A model generated the notes under the pieces. The model saw only the letters and a program-made list of their open reading frames with translations. It was not told the DNA's origin and made no database searches. The translations under genes were made by a program, and so were the position numbers. This document shows positions 39,232-49,365 of a stretch of DNA of 64,000 nt, one piece after another (the first letter of the stretch is position 1; every line of letters begins with the position of its first letter). Origin of the DNA: an archaeon (GTDB taxonomy: Archaea; Nanobdellota; Nanobdellia; Woesearchaeales; GCA-2686295); the NCBI GenBank assembly GCA_043822105.1, contig JBDRCD010000009.1, forward strand, positions 67,098 to 131,097, written 5' to 3'.

Positions 39232-39962
39232 CTTAACTTCTCCTCCAGTTCCTTTCTTAATTTGTCGCCTATGAATTCTCCTTTGAAATAATCGACTTTT
39301 GCAGCTATGCTTAGTTTATCTGCAAACATTCTTGCTGCTTTTCCTCTGTTAAGCTTCTTTGCGCCTGAAACAAGTGAGTTTTGTAGTATTATTCCGTGCT
39401 TTGGCGGTCTTGAGCCAGTCTTTAAATGTCTGAACAATGCTTTTTCTGCTCCTAGAAGCTGCACTGTTGATGCTGGAATCATTGCAAGTCTTTTTAGTGA
39501 TCCTGCTTCTTTTATCAGCTTTCCAACAAGTAGTGATCCTCCCACAGCATCCATGTTTTTGCAATACTTTTTAGTAATGGTTTCCAGATATTCTTTCAGT
39601 TCTTCCATTAACTTGTATATTGATTCAATTCGAAGAGCAAGAGCAAACATAGGAGTAAGATCTTTTTCACTCAAATCCTTTCCCATGGATTCTTTTATCT
39701 GAAGTTCTTTCATCAGTTCTTTTCTGTTATTTTTTAGGAACAGTTTGATAAATCCTTCATTATCAGAAACTTTTTTTGACATCTCAGGCAGATATAAAGC
39801 AGTCCAACCCCTGAGCCTTTTTGTAAGAACACTTGATACTTTCACAAGTTCTTCTATATTATTGACAGTATGGATAATAAAATTGTCTTCTGAAATTGAT
39901 TCCTGAACCTTTTTTCTCGTGAATAAAAGGCTCTTTTCACGTAATTTTTTAAGGTCTTTCAT
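39228..39962 (-). CDS. nop5: Nop5 (Nop56/58) box C/D sRNP protein, N-terminally short
   Basis: PASTVQLLGAEKALFRHLK.G..PPKHG and RGKAAR..A.K.SIAAKVDYF; overlaps flpA start. Confidence 0.92.
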   Translation of the reverse strand: MKDLKKLREKSLLFTRKKVQESISEDNFIIHTVNNIEELVKVSSVLTKRLRGWTALYLPEMSKKVSDNEGFIKLFLKNNRKELMKELQIKESMGKDLSEKDLTPMFALALRIESIYKLMEELKEYLETITKKYCKNMDAVGGSLLVGKLIKEAGSLKRLAMIPASTVQLLGAEKALFRHLKTGSRPPKHGIILQNSLVSGAKKLNRGKAARMFADKLSIAAKVDYFKGEFIGDKLRKELEEKLR

Positions 39963-40039
39963 GATTCCAGGTATAATAGATACATATTTAAAGCTTTATA
40001 GTGGATAGTTTTATAAATATTATTTTGTTTTAGTAGCAT

Positions 40040-41149
40040 ATGACAGAAACAAAAGTATCTGCGAAAGCAAGGTTCAAACTGAAGAGTTTTGTGAAGGAGT
40101 TAGAAAACTTCAGAGGAAGACACACAGAATTAATTAGTGTGTACATTCCTGCAGGCTATGATATTAACAAAATTATGAATCACTTGTTTCAGGAACAGGG
40201 AACAGCTTCTAACATCAAAAGTAAGGGAACCAGAGATAATGTTCAGACCAGTTTGGAAAAAATGATGCAGCATCTAAAACTTTATCCGAGAACGCCTGTA
40301 AATGGTCTTGCACTTTTCTCAGGCAATGTTGCGGAAAGGGAAGGGCAGCAGAACTTTCAGGTTTGGAGCATGGAACCGCCGGTTCCGTTAAAACAAAGAC
40401 TCTATCGTTGCGATAAGGCATTTGTTTTAGATCCATTGATTGAACAGGCAGATGATAAATCAGTTTATGGTCTTGTCGTGATGGACAAGCGGGAAGGAAA
40501 CATTGCACTTCTCAAAGGAAAAATAATAATTCCACTTAACAAAGCTCACTCTGCGGTTCCAGGAAAGACAAGGGCAGGAGGACAGTCTGCACCTCGTTTT
40601 GAAAGATTAAGGGATGGTGCGGCAAAAGAGTTCTATAAAAAAATTGCTATGATGATGCAGGCAGAATTTCTGCAAAACCATGATTTGAAGGGAATAATCA
40701 TTGGAGGACCAGGTCATACAAAGAATGAATTCGCAGATGGTAATTACATAAACGATCAGCTAAAAAGAAAAATTCTGGGACTTAAGGATTTATCCTACAC
40801 AGGAGAATTTGGTCTTCAGGAGTTGCTTGACAAGTCAGATGACATACTGGCTGAAGAAGACGTTGCTCAGGAAAAACATATAATGCAAAAATTTTTCAAT
40901 CTACTCGCAACAAAGCAGGGAATGACCAACTACGGGGAAAAAGAAGTTATGAATGACATAAAGATGGGAGTTGCAGAGACTGTTTTAATTTCAGAAAATG
41001 TCTCTGATGAAACAATTGATGAATTTGAAAAAGAAGCTGAGAAGATGGGCAGTGAAGTGGTAATAGTTTCAACGGATACCAGAGAAGGAGTGCAGCTTCG
41101 GGACCTTGGTAAAATCGCTGCAATTCTAAGATACGAAGTTCAGAGATAG
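40040..41149 (+). CDS. prf1: Peptide chain release factor aRF1
   Basis: GRHTELISVYIP, ASNIKS, YRCD, GGQS and AAILRY. Confidence 0.97.
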   Translation: MTETKVSAKARFKLKSFVKELENFRGRHTELISVYIPAGYDINKIMNHLFQEQGTASNIKSKGTRDNVQTSLEKMMQHLKLYPRTPVNGLALFSGNVAEREGQQNFQVWSMEPPVPLKQRLYRCDKAFVLDPLIEQADDKSVYGLVVMDKREGNIALLKGKIIIPLNKAHSAVPGKTRAGGQSAPRFERLRDGAAKEFYKKIAMMMQAEFLQNHDLKGIIIGGPGHTKNEFADGNYINDQLKRKILGLKDLSYTGEFGLQELLDKSDDILAEEDVAQEKHIMQKFFNLLATKQGMTNYGEKEVMNDIKMGVAETVLISENVSDETIDEFEKEAEKMGSEVVIVSTDTREGVQLRDLGKIAAILRYEVQR

Positions 41150-41151
41150 AA

Positions 41152-41805
41152 ATGAATATAGCGGAGCAAGCATTCAAAGAGTTATTTCCTGATAAGAAAT
41201 TAAATACTGTTAGGATAGAATATTCTAATAAATTCAAAGCCTACAATGCAAATGTGAAGTATAATAACAGACAAACCGTCTTTAATCTTTCTTCTGTTTG
41301 GAAAGATGTTTCTGAAGAAATACAAATTGGTTTGATACAGAGTTTACTTCTTAAGATTTTCAAAGATAAAAAAAGAACATTGAACATTGAGCTTTATAAT
41401 CAGTTTTTGAAAAATTTACCTAAATACGCTTCGCCACAAAAAATAAATTCTTTCTTAGAAAAAGTGTTTAATAGAGTAAATAAAAAATATTTTCATAACT
41501 TCATGGACACACCTAATTTAGTTTGGGGTCGAGAATCATTTCATAAACTAGGAAGTTATGAATATGCCTCGGACACAATAACAATAAGCACAGTAATAAA
41601 AGAAGAACAGAATTTACTTGACTATGTAATGTATCATGAGATGCTACATAAGAAGTTTAAGTTCGCAAGCAAGAACGGAAGGAATTATCATCACACTGCA
41701 GAGTTCAGAAGAGAAGAAAAAAAGTTCGAAGACCTCGATGCAGAGAAGAAACTAACGAGTTTTCTTAGAAAGAAAAGGTTTAAGAAAGCGTTTAGGTTTT
41801 TTTAA
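41152..41805 (+). CDS. SprT-like/zincin metallopeptidase-domain protein
   Basis: YVMYHEMLH...HH..EF (HExxH zincin); FNRVN..YF and LGSY. Confidence 0.82.
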   Translation: MNIAEQAFKELFPDKKLNTVRIEYSNKFKAYNANVKYNNRQTVFNLSSVWKDVSEEIQIGLIQSLLLKIFKDKKRTLNIELYNQFLKNLPKYASPQKINSFLEKVFNRVNKKYFHNFMDTPNLVWGRESFHKLGSYEYASDTITISTVIKEEQNLLDYVMYHEMLHKKFKFASKNGRNYHHTAEFRREEKKFEDLDAEKKLTSFLRKKRFKKAFRFF

Positions 41806-41807
41806 AA

Positions 41808-42209
41808 TTATTCTTTTATTTTATTTATAATCTGTTTTACTTCATCTTCAAAAGCAAGATTCAGATTGAAGATTTCATCGACTGGAATCCATTTGAACTC
41901 TTCTATGCTTTTCGAATCCTTTCTTATTTTCGGGTTTCCAATTATTTTACCGATGAAATAAAGACAAATGGTTGGTTTGTCTTCTTCTTTATATTGTAAA
42001 GTAAAAAATTTAGAATTGTATTTGACTCCTAGATCGGCATAAACTTCGTCTTTTATTGCTTTAAATGGGTCCTTTTCGTTTTCTAAAGCTCCAAATCCAC
42101 CAGGCAAAGCCCATTTACCAGTATGAGGTTCTCTTTTTCTTTTTATCATTAATATTTCTTCAAAATTCCTTCGATGAATTATTGATATTAGAATTATTCT
42201 GTATTTCAT
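41808..42209 (-). CDS. NUDIX hydrolase
   Basis: IKRKREP..GKWALPGG plus a partly degenerate Nudix box; LAF. Confidence 0.8.
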   Translation of the reverse strand: MKYRIILISIIHRRNFEEILMIKRKREPHTGKWALPGGFGALENEKDPFKAIKDEVYADLGVKYNSKFFTLQYKEEDKPTICLYFIGKIIGNPKIRKDSKSIEEFKWIPVDEIFNLNLAFEDEVKQIINKIKE

Positions 42210-42317
42210 TTTAAAAGCAAATAAACTTACAGATTATTAAAATTTTCTTTTCATTTCAATCAAAACATATTTAAATAGACTTTTTTTTCTTAAAAGTATT
42301 ATTATTAGGTGATATTC

Positions 42318-42716
42318 ATGGGTGAAATTAAACATAAGAGTGTTGGAAGCTTACAGAAAGGCAATTACGTTATAATGGATGGTGCTGCTTGCATCGTGAC
42401 AGACTTGAAAACTTCAAGACCTGGAAAGCACGGACACGCCAAAGTTAATATGACTGCGGTTGGTATGATTGACGGCAAAAAAAGAAATACTGTCATGCCA
42501 GGACATGATAACGTAGAAACACCCGTTATTGACAAAAAAAATGCTCAAGTGTTAAGTGTAACAGGAAACACAGCAAATGTCATGGATATGGAGTCCTATG
42601 AAACCTTTGACGTCGTAATTCCACCTGATATGGAAGGACAGGTACAAAATGGTGTCACCATTGTCTATTGGGTTGTATTGAACGATAAAATACTAAAACA
42701 GATTAAGAGCGAATAA
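42318..42716 (+). CDS. eif5a: Translation factor aIF5A (EF-P homolog)
   Basis: S.PGKHGHAK hypusination site; AQVLSV and MDMESYETF; SD AGGTGA before ATG 42318. Confidence 0.96.
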   Translation: MGEIKHKSVGSLQKGNYVIMDGAACIVTDLKTSRPGKHGHAKVNMTAVGMIDGKKRNTVMPGHDNVETPVIDKKNAQVLSVTGNTANVMDMESYETFDVVIPPDMEGQVQNGVTIVYWVVLNDKILKQIKSE

Positions 42717-42717
42717 A

Positions 42718-42879
42718 ATGGTCAAATTTCCAGAAGCAGAAGCAAGGCTTTTCAAAAATATCTTTGTATGCAAGAAATGTAAATCTAAAATCAGAGCTCC
42801 AAGCCTGAAAGTTGCGGCAGGTAAGGTGGCTTGCAGAAAATGTGGTGCAAAAGCGCTTAGAACTGTCAGGAAAAAATAG
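42718..42879 (+). CDS. rpl40e: 50S ribosomal protein L40e (53 aa, not in the ORF track)
   Basis: MVKFPEAEARLFKNIFVCKKCKSKIRAPSLKVAAGKVACRKCGAKALRTVRKK; FPEA and two CxxC motifs; starts 1 nt after aIF5A. Confidence 0.9.
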   Translation: MVKFPEAEARLFKNIFVCKKCKSKIRAPSLKVAAGKVACRKCGAKALRTVRKK

Positions 42880-42915
42880 CAAATCTTTTAAACTTCTACT
42901 TTTCTAAAGAGAATT

Positions 42916-44328
42916 ATGGGTTTTTTATCCAATAATGCAATAACCATAATATTTTATCTAGTGGTCTTCTTCATAATCTACAGGAATAGAAAGAAATTTG
43001 AAGTGCAGTCAAAGATTTTTTTCCTCTACAAAACAAAAATAGGCCTTAAATTTATGGAGAAAATGGCCCAACCATTATCCAAAAAACTTGATAATTTTGG
43101 GGGAATACTGTTCAATAGCAGTGGGTTGCTGGTGATGGTTACAACTGTTTTTCTGATTATAAACAGATTCAACGAAGCTTTCCTGGCAAGCATTATTAGA
43201 AACATACTGTTTTTGTTTGCAATATCATTCATAATCTTCTTAATTGCAGTCATCGGTTTCAAACAATTTAAGAAAGCAGGAGCGATGGGTATATACGTTG
43301 GTTTTGCAGGAATGATAATCATAACAGGATTCATATTTCAAGGAATCTATAATCTTGTATTTAAACCGTCTGCACCAGCTGTTTTGAGTCCAATAATACC
43401 AGGAATAAGTATTCCGGGTAGCCCAATTGATGTTCCTCTTTTCTATGGTATAATTGCTTTGTTCGTTGTGATTGTAATTCACGAGTTTTCTCACGGATTG
43501 ATTTGCAGGGTTCACAAACTGAAAGTCAAGAGTTCAGGAGTTGGAATAATGGCGATTCTGCCTTTGGCTTTTGTAGAGCCTGATGAGGATGAGCTCAAGA
43601 AAGCAGATTGGAAAGTCCAAAACTCGATGTTTGCTGCAGGACCATTTTCAAACATACTTACAGCGATTTTTGTTCTGTTACTGATGAGTTTTGTGTTTGT
43701 TCCTTTAACATTCTCTTTGACAGAACCTGTTGATAACGGTGTGATGGTTTTTGCGGTTGAAGGTGAACCTGCCTATGATTCAAACATTGGAACTCAAGGA
43801 ATGATGATTCTCAAACTTGACGTTTTGAGCAGATATGCTGTTGCCGATAAGAATTCAAATATAGGTTCAGATGGTGGTAGACTGATAACTTCAGTTAATG
43901 GAGTTGAAACGCTCACCGTAGAAGATTTTATAACTGCATTTGATGGTCTTGAACCTGGCAAGGAATTAATACTTTCTAATGCAGAGGAATCTTTTTCAAT
44001 AATTCCAAGAGATAATGATGGCCGAGCATATGTGGGTGTGAACATAGCCTATCTGCAGTTGAAAGAAGGTTCAAGCAAATTACTGTTTCAGTTCATGGTA
44101 ATAGTTCTTGAATTGTTTATTTGGATATATGCTCTCAGCTTTGGTCTTGGACTTGCAAACCTTCTACCTCTAGGACCTGTTGATGGTGGCAGAATGCTTC
44201 ATTCCACACTTGATAAAGGGGTTGGAAAGAAAAGAGCATTGATAGTTTTTTCAAGAATAACAGCTTTCTTTTTGATATCAATAGTGGTTTTAATACTTGT
44301 GCCTATTTTCAAAGAAGTTGTATTCTAA
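42916..44328 (+). CDS. Site-2 protease (M50) with PDZ-like insert
   Basis: HEFSH, AFVEPD, AGPFSN and NLLP..PVDGGR. Confidence 0.93.
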   Translation: MGFLSNNAITIIFYLVVFFIIYRNRKKFEVQSKIFFLYKTKIGLKFMEKMAQPLSKKLDNFGGILFNSSGLLVMVTTVFLIINRFNEAFLASIIRNILFLFAISFIIFLIAVIGFKQFKKAGAMGIYVGFAGMIIITGFIFQGIYNLVFKPSAPAVLSPIIPGISIPGSPIDVPLFYGIIALFVVIVIHEFSHGLICRVHKLKVKSSGVGIMAILPLAFVEPDEDELKKADWKVQNSMFAAGPFSNILTAIFVLLLMSFVFVPLTFSLTEPVDNGVMVFAVEGEPAYDSNIGTQGMMILKLDVLSRYAVADKNSNIGSDGGRLITSVNGVETLTVEDFITAFDGLEPGKELILSNAEESFSIIPRDNDGRAYVGVNIAYLQLKEGSSKLLFQFMVIVLELFIWIYALSFGLGLANLLPLGPVDGGRMLHSTLDKGVGKKRALIVFSRITAFFLISIVVLILVPIFKEVVF

Positions 44329-44658
44329 TTATGTTTTTTTCTTTTTGTCAAAATACTTCTTAACTTTCAGAATGATTTTAGGAGAAGCGCTTGCTCCCAG
44401 TTTATAATAAACTTTTTCAGCAGTTTGTCCCCATGAATAGTCTCCTTTCTCGGTTTTTATATCAGCGACCTCAAATTCGCCTGTTGCGACACCTTTTTTT
44501 AGATGGTAGTAAATAACCCTTTGGGTTGCTTTTGGAAATAGCTCCAAATATACTTTGTGCACATCATATCCGCATCCTTTACCCATGAAATGGAGAATTT
44601 CTACTATGTTCTGTCTAATGTAGCTTCCAATTGGTCTGCCTGCGTTCATATTTTGCAA
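44329..44658 (-). CDS. Winged-helix hypothetical protein
   Basis: IRQNIVEIL...GYDVHKVY...VIYYHLKKG...wing EK.YY.L. Confidence 0.7.
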   Translation of the reverse strand: MQNMNAGRPIGSYIRQNIVEILHFMGKGCGYDVHKVYLELFPKATQRVIYYHLKKGVATGEFEVADIKTEKGDYSWGQTAEKVYYKLGASASPKIILKVKKYFDKKKKT

Positions 44659-44767
44659 TATTGAAACTAATTATATAAATTTTGCGCAAACAAAATTTAT
44701 GTTCAAAAACCTTTTTTTGGTTTTTGTAATATAAAGTTTTTTATAATCTTTTTATTTTAAAGATAAT

Positions 44768-45703
44768 ATGTACCTATATTTTTTGAACAAACAGAACCTT
44801 GATCTTAGCATTGCAGAAGTTCTAGCACTTGCTAAAACAGATTCCTTCAAGATGGTTGATAACTGTCTGCTCATGGATGAACTGATAGATTACAAACGTC
44901 TCGCCTATACCAAGAGAGTCTATAGGTTGTTATTTGAAACCGATAAAGAAGGGTTGGTGGAAGCGGTTAATTCGTTTGACTTTAATAGTGTTTACAAAGA
45001 AAGCTTTCGTCTCAGGTTTATCAACAATGAGGATTTTGACGTTGAAGCTCTTGCCAATATGATTTGGCAGAATCTGACAAAACCAGCTGTCAATATGCGT
45101 GATGCCAAGACAAAGATTGATATAATTGTTTGTGAAAAAGTATTCTGTGGTCTAATACTTGGAGAACAACAGGACAGATTTGAAGATAGAAAGGCACATC
45201 TACGACCCCATAATCATCCCACAAGTCTCCACCCCAGACTTGCCAGATGTTTGGTTAATCTGATCAATTCTGACAATCTGATTGATCCTTTCTGTGGTTC
45301 AGGAGGAATAATGATAGAAGCAGGGCTTATTGGTCTTAAAATAACTGGCTATGATACTGATGAAATAATGCTCAGGAGAGCCAAGGAAAATCTTGATTTT
45401 TTTGAAATAAAGAATTATGTTTTGGAAAACCACGATGCTTTGAGAATAGATAAGGATTTTGGCGGGATAGTAACTGATTTGCCCTATGGAAAGAACTCGA
45501 AGGTCAACAACATGGAAAAAACATTTTCTGAATTTCTAGAAAATTCTTACCATTTTGTTGACAATGCAATTGTAGTGTTTCCTGATTTTGCAAATGCAAA
45601 GGTAATCATTGAAAAAACTGATTGGAAAATAAAAAATAGTTTCACATACTTTGTGCATAAAACATTGACAAAAGAAATATTTGTTCTAGCTAAACATTCC
45701 TAG
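44768..45703 (+). CDS. tRNA m2G10 methyltransferase (Trm11/TrmG10-like, THUMP plus MTase)
   Basis: RP..HPTSLHPRLARCLVN, DPFCGSGG, TDLPYG and VHKTLTKEI. Confidence 0.88.
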   Translation: MYLYFLNKQNLDLSIAEVLALAKTDSFKMVDNCLLMDELIDYKRLAYTKRVYRLLFETDKEGLVEAVNSFDFNSVYKESFRLRFINNEDFDVEALANMIWQNLTKPAVNMRDAKTKIDIIVCEKVFCGLILGEQQDRFEDRKAHLRPHNHPTSLHPRLARCLVNLINSDNLIDPFCGSGGIMIEAGLIGLKITGYDTDEIMLRRAKENLDFFEIKNYVLENHDALRIDKDFGGIVTDLPYGKNSKVNNMEKTFSEFLENSYHFVDNAIVVFPDFANAKVIIEKTDWKIKNSFTYFVHKTLTKEIFVLAKHS

Positions 45704-47386
45704 AAAGTTCTTTGCGGTTCTAAGAGCAATGGTTGATTCTTCGATATCTGTATCTTCTCCCATTTCTATTTTCAGCTTTATTTCATAAACATTTTTTATT
45801 TCTTCAAGGAAAGGTATTCTTACGGATGATTCCTGCAGTCCTTTTATTGCTTTCTCAAAGGAATGTGGTTTGCTATTAACAACCTCCAGATGCTTTTTTT
45901 TCAACGCACCATAGATTGCTTCATAGCTTTTTATTACTATTTTCTTAGTCATTTCAACTGCTTCGTCCAGTTGATCTTTTTCTTCAGCATCCGGTTTTGG
46001 AATTGGTATATCTGAAACTTTTTCTTCAGGTGATGGTTTATTTTTCTTTTTTTCTTCAAAATGTGAGAATATGAAATCATCACTATCTTCTTTTTCTTCA
46101 ATTGCTTCTTCAACATCTGGTTTTGAAATTTCTTCTTCCTCAGAAACAGGTTCTGCCCAGGAAGATTCTTCCTGTTCAATTGTTTCCTCGTCTGTTTCTT
46201 CTTCGGCTGTGTCTTCTGTCCAGGATGTTGATTTTTCCTTCTTTTCTTTTGGTGGCTCAACAACAACATTTTTTTCCAGTTCATGTGCTTCAATCTCGTC
46301 CAGAACAGACAAATCATCGGCCAAATCAATTGAATCAATTTCCGGAGGAACTTTGTCTGGAACTTTTTCTTCTGGTTTTGATGTTGCAATTGATGTTTCT
46401 GTAATTAGCTCTTCGGTTATTTCTTCATCTTTTTCTTTAATTAATATTCTGTTTACAAATAATAAATAGATTTTATTTTTTGTTATGCTAATAAACAATT
46501 TGACTGGCTTTTCAATTAAACCTTCAACTTTTTTTGTAATTCTGGCAAGTTCTTCAATGTCCTTGTCATTTAGCTTTTGAACGTCTCCTTTTTCTCTCAA
46601 ATCTTTCTTTGTCAAATTATTATCTCTCATGTGTCGCACAAAGAAGAATTCCTGATTGTTTATTTTAGTGTTTTTTACTGCTAATGTATCCTTATCGAAG
46701 ACGGAAACATCTTTTTCGAATTCTTCTTCATAATCCTGATATCCATAGAAAGTCTTTACCACAATGCTGGTTTTGTCTGAAAATGTTTGTGCAGAAACAT
46801 CTGCTTCTGTCATTCTTTGGACAATAACACCTATTTTTTCTTCTGTGGTTATATCTTCTTTTTTTCTATATTTTAATGCAGCGGGTGTGTATAAAGAACT
46901 CCAACAACTTTTTATTGCCTTAAACAAAGCAGGTTTTCCTTTTACATTCTGAATTATACTATTGTTATTCTCTGAATCATCAACATAGTTCGGACTGCCT
47001 ATTACTGTTAAATATGGTTTGTCAATGGTTGTTACCAGTTTTGCGATGTCAAGATGATCTATATCTATTGCCAGTGTTTCATAGGCCTCCATTAGTTCAT
47101 CCTGACTTTGTTGTGAGAATTCTGTTTTGTCAAATAATTCTTTTATTTTTGTATAGGCTGCTTCAAGCGATTCATCGTTTGAAAAATCCGATTCACTTAT
47201 TATTCTGTTAATCTGTGAATTAAGGTTGTTACCGGATACAAAATCATCAAAAAGAGTTGATTTTATTACAAAGCATATTGGAATGTTTAGTTTCTTTTTG
47301 TGCAGTTCTGCAAGATCGACTGCTTTGTATCCTACCACTTCTACATCTGACTTGTTTATCTTGTTAAGTGTTAATGTGTTATCCAT
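45686..47386 (-). CDS. PEP synthase/PPDK N-terminal (ATP-grasp) domain protein with long acidic region
   Basis: VVGYKA, AIKSCWSSLY..A..YR, GVIVQRM and IEELARIT..VE; no His-swivel or pyruvate domain. Confidence 0.75.
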   Translation of the reverse strand: MDNTLTLNKINKSDVEVVGYKAVDLAELHKKKLNIPICFVIKSTLFDDFVSGNNLNSQINRIISESDFSNDESLEAAYTKIKELFDKTEFSQQSQDELMEAYETLAIDIDHLDIAKLVTTIDKPYLTVIGSPNYVDDSENNNSIIQNVKGKPALFKAIKSCWSSLYTPAALKYRKKEDITTEEKIGVIVQRMTEADVSAQTFSDKTSIVVKTFYGYQDYEEEFEKDVSVFDKDTLAVKNTKINNQEFFFVRHMRDNNLTKKDLREKGDVQKLNDKDIEELARITKKVEGLIEKPVKLFISITKNKIYLLFVNRILIKEKDEEITEELITETSIATSKPEEKVPDKVPPEIDSIDLADDLSVLDEIEAHELEKNVVVEPPKEKKEKSTSWTEDTAEEETDEETIEQEESSWAEPVSEEEEISKPDVEEAIEEKEDSDDFIFSHFEEKKKNKPSPEEKVSDIPIPKPDAEEKDQLDEAVEMTKKIVIKSYEAIYGALKKKHLEVVNSKPHSFEKAIKGLQESSVRIPFLEEIKNVYEIKLKIEMGEDTDIEESTIALRTAKNFLGMFS

Positions 47387-47488
47387 TTGTAGTCCTCTAT
47401 ACTCGAGAATATGTATTGAGTTTATTTAAACTTTATGATTTTTAAATAATTTATTTCAAGAAGTTTCTCTTTTTTTGAATCCAGAAAT

Positions 47489-48280
47489 TTACTTCAGAAA
47501 TTTTTTGGCTTCTTCAACTGTTTTGTTATCAAAAACAACTGCGTGTAGTGCTTTTGTCAGACTGAAGGGTTTCTCATCCTGCCAAATGTTTCTTCCGACA
47601 GCTCTGCCTGTAGCTCCTATTTGCATCAGATTATAGGTCTCTTCTATAAAAGCTTCTGGACTGACTTTATCACCGCCTGAAAGAACAACTTTTGTCTTGC
47701 CTGCGTTTTTTATAACCCATTTGAAACCCTCATAGTCTCCGTTAAATTTTGTTTTTATTATATCTGCACCCAGTTCTGCTGCGACTCTTACACCGTAGGC
47801 AATGAGATTTGTATCCATTTTGTTAGAAACATATTTTCCTCTTGGATAAACCCAAACGATTACTGGAATTCCGTAGTCATGAGCTTTTTCAACGATGTTG
47901 CTGATTTCAACCATCATCTCGTCCTCATACTCACTTCCACAGTAGAAAGTGTATCCGACTGCAGAAGCACCAAGTTTCATGGCTCTTTCAACAGAACAAA
48001 GCTGTTTGGAATTGGGTTCTCCGTGGGTCATCATTGTCTGTCCATTGAGTTTGACGATTAGAGGAATGTCCTTATAGTAGTCCTGATAGTACTTCTCTGC
48101 AATTCCAGCCTGAAGCACTATTCCGTTGTAATGACCTTCAAGCGCTATGTCAAGTATGTAGTTTGGATCAACATTTTTTAGATTGAAATCACTGGGACCA
48201 TGCTCCATACCCTGGTCGTATGCCAGGTAAATAGCTTTTCCTTTTTTAAGAATCTTATTGATCTGAATAGTCATGTACAC
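47489..48280 (-). CDS. Class I fructose-bisphosphate aldolase (DhnA/FbaB type)
   Basis: LAYDQGMEHGP, LIVKLN, GASAVG.T, YPRG, AELGADIIKT (Schiff-base Lys), SGG and GRNIWQ. Confidence 0.92.
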   Translation of the reverse strand: MYMTIQINKILKKGKAIYLAYDQGMEHGPSDFNLKNVDPNYILDIALEGHYNGIVLQAGIAEKYYQDYYKDIPLIVKLNGQTMMTHGEPNSKQLCSVERAMKLGASAVGYTFYCGSEYEDEMMVEISNIVEKAHDYGIPVIVWVYPRGKYVSNKMDTNLIAYGVRVAAELGADIIKTKFNGDYEGFKWVIKNAGKTKVVLSGGDKVSPEAFIEETYNLMQIGATGRAVGRNIWQDEKPFSLTKALHAVVFDNKTVEEAKKFLK

Positions 48281-48323
48281 ACCCCTTTTTATATGTTAAA
48301 TACTTATTGTTTTTAAACTTTTC

Positions 48324-49304
48324 TTATGATTTTACCTTCTTTATCTTTCTTTTGTCTTTTTTGAGTTTTTTAAGTAAATCATTTTTTGACAATAATATGT
48401 TCTTTGCACCATAGTTTTGAATTACTGACTCTGCATTTATGGCAGCTATTTTTAGACTGGTTTCAATGTTTTTATTCATTAAAAAACCTGCGACAAAACT
48501 TGACGCAAACGCATCTCCTGCACCGGTTGTTTCCAGAATCCTAAGTTTTTTTGCTGGACTTATGCTGTACAGTGTTTTTCCATCGTAGCAAAAGGCGCCT
48601 TTTTGTCCGTCTGTCACAACAACCGCTTCCATGTTTGGCAGTTTAAGTCTTTTTACCAAATCTTTTATGCCTCCTTTTCCAACCAGTGTTTCTGCTTCTT
48701 CTTTGTTCAGCATAAAAATGGTTGTGTTTTCAAGTACTTTTTTTATATTGGAAAAACCTTTTTCAACAAGGTATGATGAAGCGTTGAATGCAACTTTTAT
48801 ATTGTTCTTGGTGGCATATTCAGCCAGTTTTTTCATGGTTTCAAGACTTTTTCCCATCATGCTGCTGAAATAGAACCACTTTGTTTTCATCTTTGAAAAA
48901 TTGACTTCTTTGAAAGTCAGGTCATTGTTGCATCCTTTGTAGGTGAGTATTGTTCTGTCGTTTTCTATTGAATCCAGAATCACAGAGTACCCTGATATTT
49001 TTCCCAACGTTCCGAGAAAATCAATATTTTCTTTCTTTAGAAGCTTGAAAATTTTAAGTCCGTTTTCATCCTTTCCAATCTTTCCAAGATAACCTGTCTT
49101 CATTCCCAGACGAGAAAATGCCACTGCAGTGTTTGTTCCACCGCCACCAATCATAAATTCTATATCTGTTATTAGAATCTTTGTTCCAAGGGGATATGCC
49201 AGCAGTTCTTCCACTCCTGTTTTGCTTTTTATTTCTATTAGCTCAGAATCTGTTTTTGCAAATACATCAACAGTGTTAGAACCAACTGTTATTACATCAA
49301 ACAA
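48324..49304 (-). CDS. PfkB-family carbohydrate kinase
   Basis: GGGGTNTAVAFSRLG, N.EEA, VTDG.KG and ETTGAGDAF; start moved to TTG 49304 after SD GGAGGTG. Confidence 0.92.
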   Translation of the reverse strand: MFDVITVGSNTVDVFAKTDSELIEIKSKTGVEELLAYPLGTKILITDIEFMIGGGGTNTAVAFSRLGMKTGYLGKIGKDENGLKIFKLLKKENIDFLGTLGKISGYSVILDSIENDRTILTYKGCNNDLTFKEVNFSKMKTKWFYFSSMMGKSLETMKKLAEYATKNNIKVAFNASSYLVEKGFSNIKKVLENTTIFMLNKEEAETLVGKGGIKDLVKRLKLPNMEAVVVTDGQKGAFCYDGKTLYSISPAKKLRILETTGAGDAFASSFVAGFLMNKNIETSLKIAAINAESVIQNYGAKNILLSKNDLLKKLKKDKRKIKKVKS

Positions 49305-49365
49305 ACAAACACACCTCCTTTTAGCATAAATAGTTACGGCATAGTATAAATATTTAACGAAAGCT

